Position numbers and translations under genes: made by a program. Of a stretch of DNA of 35,919 nucleotides, positions 10,520 through 19,157 are shown piece after piece (within the stretch, counting starts at the first letter, position 1; every line of letters begins with the position of its first letter). Origin of the DNA: Escherichia coli (GTDB lineage: Bacteria > Pseudomonadota > Gammaproteobacteria > Enterobacterales > Enterobacteriaceae); the NCBI RefSeq assembly GCF_003334305.1, contig NZ_QOWS01000032.1; one strand, written 5' to 3'. The notes beneath the pieces were generated by a model that ran no database searches, had not been told where the DNA came from, and was given only the letters and a program-made list of their open reading frames with translations.

Positions 10520-11800
10520 ATGAGCAGCAATAAAGAGTTAATGCAGCGCCGCAGTCAGGCAGTTCCTCGTGGCGTTGGGCAAATTCACCCGATTTTCGCT
10601 GACCGCGCGGAAAACTGCCGGGTGTGGGACGTTGAAGGCCGTGAGTATCTTGATTTCGCGGGCGGGATTGCGGTGCTCAATACCGGGCACCTGCATCCGA
10701 AGGTGGTTGCGGCGGTGGAAGCGCAGTTGAAAAAACTGTCGCACACCTGCTTCCAGGTGCTGGCCTACGAGCCGTATCTAGAGCTGTGCGAGATTATGAA
10801 TCAGAAGGTGCCAGGCGATTTCGCCAAGAAAACGCTGCTGGTTACGACCGGTTCCGAAGCGGTGGAAAACGCGGTGAAAATCGCCCGCGCCGCCACAAAA
10901 CGTAGCGGCACCATCGCTTTTAGCGGCGCGTACCACGGGCGCACGCATTACACGCTGGCGCTGACCGGCAAGGTGAATCCGTACTCTGCGGGCATGGGGC
11001 TGATGCCTGGGCACGTTTATCGCGCGCTTTATCCTTGCCCGCTGCACGGCATCAGTGAAGATGACGCTATCGCCAGCATTCACCGAATTTTTAAAAATGA
11101 CGCTGCGCCGGAAGATATCGCCGCCATCGTGATTGAACCGGTTCAGGGCGAAGGCGGTTTCTACGCCGCTACGCCTGCTTTTATGCAGCGTTTACGCGCG
11201 CTGTGTGACGAGCACGGGATCATGCTGATTGCCGATGAAGTGCAGAGCGGCGCGGGGCGTACCGGCACGCTGTTTGCGATGGAGCAGATGGGCGTTGCGC
11301 CGGATCTCACCACCTTTGCGAAATCCATCGCGGGCGGCTTCCCGCTGGCGGGTGTCACCGGGCGCGCGGAAGTGATGGATGCCGTCGCTCCAGGCGGGCT
11401 GGGCGGCACCTATGCCGGTAACCCGATTGCCTGCGTGGCGGCGCTGGAAGTGTTGAAGGTGTTCGAGCAGGAAAATCTGCTGCAAAAAGCCAACGATCTG
11501 GGGCAGAAGCTGAAAGATGGACTGCTGGCGATTGCCGAAAAACACCCGGAGATCGGCGACGTACGCGGGCTGGGAGCGATGATCGCCATCGAGCTGTTTG
11601 AAGATGGCGATCACAGCAAACCGGACGCAAAACTCACCGCCGGGATCGTGGCGCGCGCCCGCGATAAAGGCCTGATTCTTCTCTCCTGCGGCCCGTATTA
11701 CAACGTGCTGCGCATCCTTGTACCGCTCACCATTGAAGACGCTCAGATCCGTCAGGGTCTGGAGATCATCAACCAGTGTTTTGCTGAGGCGAAGCAGTAG
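10520..11800 (+). CDS. gabT: 4-aminobutyrate aminotransferase (PLP-dependent class III), 426 aa
   Basis: Class III aminotransferase features (LIADEVQSGAGRTG, with the PLP lysine in TFAKSIAGG). Follows gabD by 13 nt. Confidence 0.95.
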   Translation: MSSNKELMQRRSQAVPRGVGQIHPIFADRAENCRVWDVEGREYLDFAGGIAVLNTGHLHPKVVAAVEAQLKKLSHTCFQVLAYEPYLELCEIMNQKVPGDFAKKTLLVTTGSEAVENAVKIARAATKRSGTIAFSGAYHGRTHYTLALTGKVNPYSAGMGLMPGHVYRALYPCPLHGISEDDAIASIHRIFKNDAAPEDIAAIVIEPVQGEGGFYAATPAFMQRLRALCDEHGIMLIADEVQSGAGRTGTLFAMEQMGVAPDLTTFAKSIAGGFPLAGVTGRAEVMDAVAPGGLGGTYAGNPIACVAALEVLKVFEQENLLQKANDLGQKLKDGLLAIAEKHPEIGDVRGLGAMIAIELFEDGDHSKPDAKLTAGIVARARDKGLILLSCGPYYNVLRILVPLTIEDAQIRQGLEIINQCFAEAKQ

Positions 11801-11811
11801 CACCGCACCAT

Positions 11812-11948
11812 GCCGGAGGCGACGCTGCGCGTCTTGTCCGGCCTACGGTGATCCAGGTCGGATAAGGCGTTTACGCCGCATCCGACAATCTGTACGTGAA
11901 CAGGAATAAATCTATGTCGGCCGGATAAGGCGGAGCCGCTCTCCGGCA
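11812..11948. repeat. REP/BIME cluster (about three REP units)
   Basis: Three imperfect palindromic units of the GCCGGATAAGGCG...GCATCCGAC type: gccggaggcgacgctgcgcgtcttgtccggcctac, ggtcggataaggcgtttacgccgcatccgaca and tcggccggataaggcggagccgctctccggc, in the gabT-gabP spacer. Confidence 0.6.
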
Positions 11949-12036
11949 AAAAGAATCAATAACAATTAAACGCGTGACCCGACGCGGGAAATGTCGGGGC
12001 GCTCTCCCAAGTGACACACTTTCGAGAGGATTCAGG

Positions 12037-13437
12037 ATGGGGCAATCATCGCAACCACATGAGTTAGGCGGCGGGCTGAAATCACGCCACGTCACCATGT
12101 TGTCTATTGCCGGTGTTATCGGCGCAAGTCTGTTTGTCGGTTCAAGCGTCGCCATCGCCGAAGCGGGCCCGGCGGTATTACTGGCCTATCTGTTCGCCGG
12201 ATTACTGGTGGTTATGATTATGCGGATGTTGGCGGAAATGGCAGTTGCCACGCCCGATACCGGTTCGTTTTCCACCTATGCCGACAAGGCAATTGGCCGC
12301 TGGGCGGGTTATACCATCGGCTGGCTGTACTGGTGGTTTTGGGTACTGGTTATCCCGCTGGAAGCCAACATCGCCGCTATGATCCTGCACTCGTGGGTTC
12401 CAGGCATTCCCATCTGGTTATTTTCCCTCGTCATTACCCTCGCCTTAACTGGCAGTAATTTATTAAGCGTTAAAAACTACGGCGAATTTGAGTTCTGGCT
12501 GGCGCTGTGCAAAGTCATCGCTATCCTGGCCTTTATTTTCCTTGGTGCAGTCGCAATTAGCGGTTTTTACCCTTATGCCGAAGTGAGCGGGATCTCAAGA
12601 TTGTGGGATAGCGGCGGCTTTATGCCCAACGGTTTCGGTGCGGTATTAAGCGCGATGTTGATCACCATGTTCTCGTTTATGGGCGCAGAAATTGTCACCA
12701 TTGCCGCCGCGGAATCCGACACGCCGGAAAAACATATTGTCCGCGCCACCAACTCGGTTATCTGGCGTATTTCTATCTTCTATTTGTGCTCTATTTTTGT
12801 CGTAGTGGCGTTAATACCGTGGAATATGCCGGGGCTGAAAGCCGTTGGTTCTTATCGCTCGGTACTGGAATTGCTCAATATTCCCCATGCGAAATTAATC
12901 ATGGACTGCGTGATATTACTTTCCGTAACCAGTTGCCTGAACTCGGCGCTGTATACCGCCTCAAGGATGCTCTACTCCTTAAGCCGTCGCGGAGATGCGC
13001 CTGCGGTAATGGGTAAAATCAACCGCAGTAAAACCCCGTACGTGGCGGTGTTACTCTCCACCGGCGCGGCATTCTTAACGGTGGTGGTGAACTATTACGC
13101 GCCTGCGAAGGTATTTAAATTTCTGATCGACAGCTCCGGCGCTATCGCCCTGCTGGTTTATTTAGTCATCGCCGTTTCACAGTTGCGGATGCGCAAAATT
13201 CTGCGAGCAGAAGGAAGCGAAATTCGCTTGCGAATGTGGCTTTATCCGTGGCTCACCTGGCTGGTCATCGGCTTTATTACCTTTGTGTTGGTAGTGATGC
13301 TATTCCGTCCGGCGCAACAGTTAGAAGTGATCTCCACCGGCTTATTAGCGATAGGGATTATCTGTACCGTGCCGATTATGGCGCGCTGGAAAAAGCTGGT
13401 ATTGTGGCAAAAAACACCCGTTCATAATACGCGCTGA
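12037..13437 (+). CDS. gabP: GABA permease (APC family), 466 aa
   Basis: Start chosen at ATG 12037 (MGQSSQPHELGGGLKSRHVTMLSIAG...) with AGGA Shine-Dalgarno at about 12027..12030. Multi-pass membrane protein of the amino acid permease type. The ORF track's extension from 11974 is rejected. Confidence 0.9.
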   Translation: MGQSSQPHELGGGLKSRHVTMLSIAGVIGASLFVGSSVAIAEAGPAVLLAYLFAGLLVVMIMRMLAEMAVATPDTGSFSTYADKAIGRWAGYTIGWLYWWFWVLVIPLEANIAAMILHSWVPGIPIWLFSLVITLALTGSNLLSVKNYGEFEFWLALCKVIAILAFIFLGAVAISGFYPYAEVSGISRLWDSGGFMPNGFGAVLSAMLITMFSFMGAEIVTIAAAESDTPEKHIVRATNSVIWRISIFYLCSIFVVVALIPWNMPGLKAVGSYRSVLELLNIPHAKLIMDCVILLSVTSCLNSALYTASRMLYSLSRRGDAPAVMGKINRSKTPYVAVLLSTGAAFLTVVVNYYAPAKVFKFLIDSSGAIALLVYLVIAVSQLRMRKILRAEGSEIRLRMWLYPWLTWLVIGFITFVLVVMLFRPAQQLEVISTGLLAIGIICTVPIMARWKKLVLWQKTPVHNTR

Positions 13438-13457
13438 TAATGATCAGGAGTCACACC

Positions 13458-14120
13458 ATGACCATTACGTCTCTGGATGGCTATCGCTGGCTGAAGAACG
13501 ATATTATTCGCGGTAATTTTCAACCGGATGAAAAATTACGAATGAGTTTGCTGACATCGCGTTATGCACTTGGCGTTGGGCCGTTACGGGAAGCTCTTTC
13601 GCAACTGGTGGCGGAACGGCTGGTCACGGTGGTGAATCAAAAAGGGTATCGGGTGGCGTCTATGTCAGAGCAGGAGCTGCTCGATATTTTCGACGCCCGC
13701 GCCAATATGGAAGCGATGCTGGTCAGTCTGGCGATTGCCCGCGGTGGCGATGAATGGGAGGCAGACGTTCTCGCAAAAGCGCATCTGCTGAGTAAGCTGG
13801 AAGCCTGTGACGCCAGCGAGAAAATGCTTGATGAGTGGGATCTGCGTCATCAGGCGTTTCATACAGCAATTGTGGCGGGCTGTGGTTCTCACTATTTGCT
13901 GCAAATGCGTGAACGGTTGTTTGATCTGGCGGCGCGCTATCGATTTATCTGGCTGCGGCGAACGGTGCTTTCGGTAGAAATGCTGGAGGATAAACACGAT
14001 CAGCACCAGACCCTGACTGCGGCGGTACTGGCGCGAGATACCGCGCGCGCCAGTGAGTTAATGCGCCAGCATTTACTGACGCCAATTCCCATTATCCAGC
14101 AGGCGATGGCTGGCAATTAA
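13458..14120 (+). CDS. csiR: GntR-family transcriptional repressor of the csiD-gab operon, 220 aa
   Basis: ATG 13458 with CAGGAG Shine-Dalgarno at 13445..13450. N-terminal winged helix-turn-helix and FadR-like C-terminal domain. Position immediately after gabP. Confidence 0.85.
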   Translation: MTITSLDGYRWLKNDIIRGNFQPDEKLRMSLLTSRYALGVGPLREALSQLVAERLVTVVNQKGYRVASMSEQELLDIFDARANMEAMLVSLAIARGGDEWEADVLAKAHLLSKLEACDASEKMLDEWDLRHQAFHTAIVAGCGSHYLLQMRERLFDLAARYRFIWLRRTVLSVEMLEDKHDQHQTLTAAVLARDTARASELMRQHLLTPIPIIQQAMAGN

Positions 14121-14570
14121 CTACTCTTCCGGAATACGCAACACTTGCCCCGGATAAATTTTATCCGGGCTTTTTAGCATCGGTTTATTCGCTTCGAAGA
14201 TTTTATTGTACAGATTAGCGTTACCGTAGACCTGTTTGGAAATGGCACTCAGAGTGTCGCCAGACTTAACGGTATAAAACTGGCTGGCAGTGGCTGGTGT
14301 CGCCGTTTTCACCTGATCATCGACACTGGCAATACCGGAAATATTCCCAACCGCAACAAGGATTTTCTCCTTCGCCTCCTGACTCAGGCCGTCACCAGTG
14401 ACCGTCGCTTTGCCGTCGGCAATTTGAATGTTCACTTTATCGGCATCAGGTATACCGGTTTTGCTCAGATGCTCCTGCACCTTCTTCGCCTGATCGTCTT
14501 TATCGTGCTGACCTGTAACCGCGTCCCAGAGTTTTTCTCCGGCATCTTTCACAAAATTGAACAGACCCAT
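14121..14570 (-). CDS. ygaU: BON/LysM-domain potassium-binding protein, 149 aa
   Basis: Start at 14570 ([18 protein letters not shown]...) with GAGGT Shine-Dalgarno. C-terminal LysM motif ([47 protein letters not shown]). Confidence 0.85.
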   Translation of the reverse strand: MGLFNFVKDAGEKLWDAVTGQHDKDDQAKKVQEHLSKTGIPDADKVNIQIADGKATVTGDGLSQEAKEKILVAVGNISGIASVDDQVKTATPATASQFYTVKSGDTLSAISKQVYGNANLYNKIFEANKPMLKSPDKIYPGQVLRIPEE

Positions 14571-14653
14571 AGCTACCTCATTCGTTAACGGAAACACTCA
14601 GAAAGTGTAGCAGAGGAACGCGGCGCGTTAACGCCGCGGGGGTGAGCACAGGT

Positions 14654-14812
14654 TTAATCGCGGGTTTGCACCCAGAACGCGTGAATCAAACCGGGGATAT
14701 ACCCAAGCAGTGTCAGCAGAATATTAATAATGAACGCCCAACCGAACCCTTTACCGAGCAGCACGCCGAGCGGCGGCAGAATGATGGTGATGACGATTCT
14801 CCAGAAACCCAT
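14654..14812 (-). CDS. yqaE: Small Pmp3/UPF0057-family membrane protein, 52 aa (absent from the ORF track because it is under 60 aa)
   Basis: Reverse complement of 14654..14812 translates MGFWRIVITIILPPLGVLLGKGFGWAFIINILLTLLGYIPGLIHAFWVQTRD*, two predicted transmembrane helices. The plus-strand ORF 14642..14827 on the opposite strand is taken as an antisense artefact. Confidence 0.8.
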   Translation of the reverse strand: MGFWRIVITIILPPLGVLLGKGFGWAFIINILLTLLGYIPGLIHAFWVQTRD

Positions 14813-14994
14813 ATGTACTCCCTATAAGAAAATTACTCATTGTTTAAAAAGAGATTTTATCTCTTAAGCGTAGTAATTTTAGCGGAGCCTGCCAGTTTCA
14901 GCTTACGCTTTTACTCTCATTTACGCTGCTGAGGCTGGTATATGTTGCATTTTTAGTTTAGAGTTTACTTAATTTAGAAAATACTTAAATAAAT

Positions 14995-15294
14995 ATGACT
15001 GAACTCGCGCAATTACAGGCCAGTGCCGAACAGGCAGCGGCCTTATTGAAAGCAATGAGCCATCCTAAACGATTGCTGATTCTGTGCATGCTTAGCGGTT
15101 CCCCCGGCACCAGCGCGGGAGAGCTGACGCGCATTACCGGACTGAGTGCCTCTGCGACATCACAGCATCTCGCTCGTATGCGGGACGAAGGGCTTATCGA
15201 CAGCCAACGGGATGCCCAACGCATTCTATATTCCATTAAAAATGAGGCGGTAAATGCCATTATCGCCACCCTGAAAAATGTCTATTGTCCGTAA
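14995..15294 (+). CDS. ygaV: ArsR/SmtB-family helix-turn-helix transcriptional regulator, 99 aa
   Basis: Translation contains an ArsR-type HTH (HPKRLLILCMLSG...ELTRITGLSASATSQHLARMRDEGLI). Immediately upstream of the rhodanese gene. Confidence 0.85.
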   Translation: MTELAQLQASAEQAAALLKAMSHPKRLLILCMLSGSPGTSAGELTRITGLSASATSQHLARMRDEGLIDSQRDAQRILYSIKNEAVNAIIATLKNVYCP

Positions 15295-15303
15295 GGAGTC
15301 ACT

Positions 15304-15828
15304 ATGGCTTTGACAACCATTTCGCCGCATGATGCACAAGAATTAATCGCACGCGGCGCAAAGTTAATCGATATTCGTGACGCTGATGAATATCTTCGTG
15401 AACATATTCCTGAAGCAGATCTGGCTCCATTATCCGTGCTGGAACAGTCAGGTCTTCCACCTAAATTACGTCGCGAGCAAATTATATTCCACTGCCAGGC
15501 AGGTAAACGCACCAGTAATAACGCCGATAAATTAGCAGCGATTGCCGCCCCCGCAGAAATATTTTTACTCGAAGATGGGATTGATGGCTGGAAAAGAGCT
15601 GGATTGCCAGTAGCGGTAAATAAATCTCAACCCTTGCCGTTAATGCGCCAGGTGCAGATCGCTGCGGGTGGTTTAATATTAATCGGCGTTGTACTGGGTT
15701 ATACCGTAAATAGCGGTTTCTTCTTATTAAGTGGCTTTGTTGGTGCCGGGTTACTGTTTGCAGGAATCAGCGGTTTTTGTGGAATGGCAAGGTTGTTAGA
15801 TAAGATGCCGTGGAACCAACGAACTTGA
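15304..15828 (+). CDS. ygaP: Rhodanese-domain inner-membrane sulfurtransferase, 174 aa
   Basis: N-terminal rhodanese domain with active-site Cys in FHCQAGKRT, and C-terminal hydrophobic transmembrane segments. 9 nt after ygaV. Confidence 0.85.
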   Translation: MALTTISPHDAQELIARGAKLIDIRDADEYLREHIPEADLAPLSVLEQSGLPPKLRREQIIFHCQAGKRTSNNADKLAAIAAPAEIFLLEDGIDGWKRAGLPVAVNKSQPLPLMRQVQIAAGGLILIGVVLGYTVNSGFFLLSGFVGAGLLFAGISGFCGMARLLDKMPWNQRT

Positions 15829-15874
15829 GAAGCGACGCCGGACGCGCCCTAGCAGCGACATCCGGCCTCAGTAA

Positions 15875-16279
15875 TTAGATCAGGAAATCGTCGAGAGATT
15901 TACCTTCTGCCAGCGCCTGAGCAATTGGCTTCGGTGTACGGCCCTGACCGGTCCAGGTTTTAGTTTCACCGTTAACATCGGTGAATTTATATTTCGCCGG
16001 ACGCGGCTGGCGTTTTTTACCAGCGCGTGGTGCAGCAGCAGAGCTATTACCTAATAACTCTTCCGGGTTAATTCCGTCAGCCTTCATCAGCTCCAGCCAG
16101 GTGCTAATTTTTTCCTGACGCTCAGCCAGTTCACGCTGCTGCTGTTCTTCTTCTTCACGTCTTTCTTTAGTGACAACCCTGAATTTTTCGAGCATTTCTT
16201 CAAGAACGTCAATGGAGAATTCGCGAGCCATCGCACGGAGAGTGCGAATGTTATTTAAACTTTGTAACATTACGGACAT
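15875..16279 (-). CDS. stpA: H-NS paralog, nucleoid-associated DNA-binding protein StpA, 134 aa
   Basis: Translation [36 protein letters not shown]... with C-terminal DNA-binding motif [16 protein letters not shown]. Recognized as StpA. Confidence 0.95.
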   Translation of the reverse strand: MSVMLQSLNNIRTLRAMAREFSIDVLEEMLEKFRVVTKERREEEEQQQRELAERQEKISTWLELMKADGINPEELLGNSSAAAPRAGKKRQPRPAKYKFTDVNGETKTWTGQGRTPKPIAQALAEGKSLDDFLI

Positions 16280-16946
16280 AATAAAGAAAACCTTTTAACG
16301 CCAAAACAAAAAAGTATTTCGTCGCGTAGTGTAAGCGATCACTTATTATATTTCCACAAAATTTAATCTATTTACAGTCCTGCGCGAGATTATTTCAGCT
16401 GTTATTTTCTGAAACTCTCAGAATAATTTCAAGATTATATATTAGCCATTTTGATGAGTAATTTAGATTATTGGTGAACAGAACGGCGCTCTCTGCTCGC
16501 TAATTCCGCAAGCCTGACAAAACCGAAGTGAATAAAAATGCAATATAACAGAATAAAAGAAAACACCCCTCACTGGTGCTTTCTGCTGTTAATGTACATT
16601 TTCTGACATAAAAAATACTGTAAATGACACGGTCACGACATACACCGAATTCTCTACGCTTATAGCGTTACCTCACCCCCAAACTTTCATTAGTGAAATT
16701 AAAGGAAATGTCATATCTAATTGATTTAATTGAAAATAAATCATATCGGCATGTAAAAATCCACAATGTACAAAAAACGAGCCGTTACGGAATATTTTAT
16801 CTACAAAAACTGACTAAATAAAAATTTTTCACTAATTGATTAGTCATAGCCAGCGATATACGCTATGCGAAAATGCAGATGGCAATGAGATCCACTGTTT
16901 TCATCTCCATTAACATCCCATTACGCTTTTATTAAGGAGCATTAGC

Positions 16947-17396
16947 ATGTTCTCACCGCAGTCACGCTTGCGTCATGCAGTTGCAGATACGTTCGCGATG
17001 GTTGTTTACTGTTCTGTCGTGAACATGTGTATTGAAGTTTTCCTCTCCGGAATGAGCTTCGAACAGTCTTTTTATTCCAGATTGGTAGCGATTCCGGTGA
17101 ACATCTTAATTGCATGGCCATACGGTATGTACCGTGATCTGTTTATGCGCGCGGCACGCAAAGTTAGCCCGTCGGGCTGGATAAAAAATCTGGCTGATAT
17201 CCTGGCTTATGTGACGTTCCAGTCACCGGTGTATGTGGCGATCTTGTTAGTGGTGGGCGCAGACTGGCATCAGATTATGGCGGCGGTCAGTTCAAACATC
17301 GTTGTTTCGATGTTGATGGGGGCGGTTTATGGCTACTTCCTCGATTATTGCCGCCGACTGTTTAAAGTCAGCCGTTACCAGCAGGTAAAAGCCTGA
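16947..17396 (+). CDS. alaE: L-alanine exporter, 149 aa
   Basis: Small hydrophobic membrane protein. ATG 16947 preceded by AAGGAG at about 16934..16939. Translation recognized as AlaE/YgaW. Confidence 0.85.
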   Translation: MFSPQSRLRHAVADTFAMVVYCSVVNMCIEVFLSGMSFEQSFYSRLVAIPVNILIAWPYGMYRDLFMRAARKVSPSGWIKNLADILAYVTFQSPVYVAILLVVGADWHQIMAAVSSNIVVSMLMGAVYGYFLDYCRRLFKVSRYQQVKA

Positions 17397-17406
17397 CTCT
17401 TCTTTT

Positions 17407-17435
17407 CGCGACTGGCATCGCCAGTCGCGTCTTTA
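17407..17435. terminator. Hairpin between convergent alaE and ygaC (probable bidirectional terminator)
   Basis: Perfect 10-bp stem CGCGACTGGC / GCCAGTCGCG (17407..17416 and 17420..17429) with loop ATC, flanked by T-rich stretches (tcttttcg upstream, tcttt downstream). Confidence 0.5.
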
Positions 17436-17777
17436 ACTGGCTTCGCCAAATAAACCATTCAAATAACGTTCAAGCGCAACACGCGAACTGAAGCCATGCG
17501 GGATACCGTAATGCTCGTGTCGCTCGCCTGCTAAATAGAGCGGAAATTGCTGGTAATGATCGCAAGTTTTAATATCGGAAGCGGGTTCAGCCAGTGTTGA
17601 ACTGCGTTCTTTTAATGTTGGATGAATTACCAGAGCGGTACGTCCCATTCGCGCTTCGCGATTAACATAGACATAATTTTCCCCACGGCGGTAACCATAC
17701 GCTTTCTGGGTTACCACATCGACAGTAAAACCGACTTTTTCAAGTACGCGCGCCACCTCGTCTGGTCGTAAATACAT
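17433..17777 (-). CDS. ygaC: Conserved protein of unknown function, 114 aa
   Basis: ORF track 17433..17777 on the minus strand ([22 protein letters not shown]...). GAGGA Shine-Dalgarno upstream (reverse complement of 17785..17789). Confidence 0.8.
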
Positions 17778-17928
17778 ATTTGATCCTCGTTATTATCAAC
17801 CGCGGGCCTACCTTACCTGATTGCGCATTCACAACGCTTTCAGAAAAGTCCATAAAGCCGCGATGAACCTCAGTTAAGAAAATTATGGTCTACACTGAAA
17901 ATTACATCGAATTCTAATGGGGGATCAT

Positions 17929-18257
17929 ATGTTTAACCGACCGAACCGCAACGACGTTGATGATGGCGTGCAGGATATCCAGAATGATGTCAATCAATTA
18001 GCTGACAGCCTCGAATCTGTATTAAAGTCCTGGGCAGCGACGCCAAAGGGGAAGCTGAAGCCGCACGCAGTAAAGCTCAGGCATTGCTGAAAGAAACCAG
18101 GGCGCGAATGCATGGTCGTACTCGCGTCCAGCAAGCCGCACGCGATGCCGTTGGCTGCGCGGATTCTTTTGTTCGTGAAAGACCCTGGTGTAGCGTGGGT
18201 ACAGCAGCTGCGGTAGGTATTTTTATCGGCGCACTGTTAAGCATGCGCAAATCGTAG
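17929..18257 (+). pseudogene. ygaM: ElaB/YqjD-family (DUF883) ribosome- and membrane-associated protein, interrupted by an apparent 1-nt frameshift in this sequence
   Basis: ATG 17929 with GGGGGA Shine-Dalgarno. N-terminal frame reads MFNRPNRNDVDDGVQDIQNDVNQLADSLESVLKSW, then runs into TGA at 18088..18090. A second frame reads GSDAKGEAEAARSKAQALLKETRARMHGRTRVQQAARDAVGCADSFVRERPWCSVGTAAAVGIFIGALLSMRKS* to TAG at 18255..18257. The frames meet at the GGG run at 18032..18034. Confidence 0.7.
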
Positions 18258-18287
18258 TGCAAAAATGATAATAAATACGCGTCTTTG

Positions 18288-18319
18288 ACCCCGAAGCCTG
18301 TCTTCGGGGTTTCTTTTTG
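18288..18319 (+). terminator. Rho-independent terminator downstream of ygaM
   Basis: Stem ACCCCGAAG / CTTCGGGGT (18288..18296 and 18302..18310) with a short loop, followed by TTCTTTTTG. Confidence 0.65.
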
Positions 18320-18384
18320 CCTGGTGAATCACAAAAATTCCCCTACCCCGTCACGCTCATATCCAGGGTAATTTCGACCACTAT

Positions 18385-18400
18385 TTGCTATATATTGTGT
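18385..18400. promoter_or_regulatory. Candidate NrdR box upstream of nrdHIEF
   Basis: ttgctatatattgtgt resembles the NrdR-box palindrome (acaCwAtATaTwGtgt) as recalled. Right half matches well, left half is weaker. About 105 nt upstream of the nrdH ATG. Confidence 0.35.
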
Positions 18401-18504
18401 GGTTGAATCTTTTTTCAACTACATCTAGTATCTCTGTATCAACAGAGAAACAACCCGACGCGTATCATCGCGCCGTATCTTCATTTTAAACGGAAATACG
18501 AATC

Positions 18505-18750
18505 ATGCGCATTACTATTTACACTCGTAACGATTGCGTTCAGTGCCACGCCACCAAACGGGCGATGGAAAACCGGGGCTTTGATTTTGAAATGATTAAT
18601 GTCGATCGCGTTCCTGAAGCGGCGGAAGCGCTGCGTGCTCAGGGCTTTCGTCAGTTGCCGGTAGTGATTGCTGGCGATCTTAGCTGGTCTGGTTTCCGCC
18701 CGGACATGATCAATCGTCTGCATCCAGCGCCACACGCGGCCAGTGCATGA
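18505..18750 (+). CDS. nrdH: Glutaredoxin-like protein NrdH, 81 aa
   Basis: Translation [26 protein letters not shown]..., redox motif CVQC. Confidence 0.95.
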
Positions 18751-19157
18751 GCCAGCTCGTCTACTTTTCCAGTAGCTCCGAAAATACGCAGCGTTTTATC
18801 GAACGTTTAGGACTGCCCGCGGTGCGCATCCCGCTCAATGAGCGGGAACGGATTCAGGTAGACGAGCCTTACATCCTGATCGTGCCCTCTTACGGCGGCG
18901 GCGGTACGGCTGGCGCGGTGCCACGACAGGTAATTCGCTTTTTAAACGACGAGCACAACCGGGCGTTGCTTCGCGGCGTTATTGCTTCGGGTAATCGCAA
19001 CTTTGGTGAGGCGTATGGCCGCGCCGGAGATGTGATTGCCCGGAAATGCGGCGTGCCGTGGCTGTACCGTTTTGAACTCATGGGTACGCAAAGCGATATC
19101 GAAAACGTTCGTAAAGGAGTAACCGAATTTTGGCAACGACAACCGCAGAATGCCTGA
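18747..19157 (+). CDS. nrdI: Flavodoxin-like protein NrdI, 136 aa
   Basis: Translation [21 protein letters not shown]... Start overlaps the nrdH stop (ATGA). Confidence 0.95.

Noticed and set aside
9606-11803. Long antisense ORFs inside gabD and gabT (226 aa at 9606..10286, 203 aa at 11192..11803, and others)
   Set aside because: These are typical GC-rich antisense open frames with Ala/Arg/Ser-rich low-complexity translations, inside well-supported genes.
11974-12036. N-terminal extensions of gabP (also proV from 22397, proX from GTG 24873, emrA from GTG 29205, emrB from 30397)
   Set aside because: In each case an internal ATG with a canonical Shine-Dalgarno gives the conserved N-terminus or signal peptide. 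The extensions lack ribosome-binding sites and overlap upstream regulatory DNA.
14598-14653. GC hairpin (GCGGCG-CGTTAA-CGCCGC) between yqaE and ygaU as a terminator
   Set aside because: In the minus-strand transcript the stem is not followed by a U-run, so it is not a convincing intrinsic terminator; it may be a processing or regulatory structure.
14642-14827. 61-aa plus-strand ORF
   Set aside because: The opposite strand encodes the well-formed 52-aa Pmp3-family membrane protein YqaE, so the plus-strand ORF is taken as antisense.
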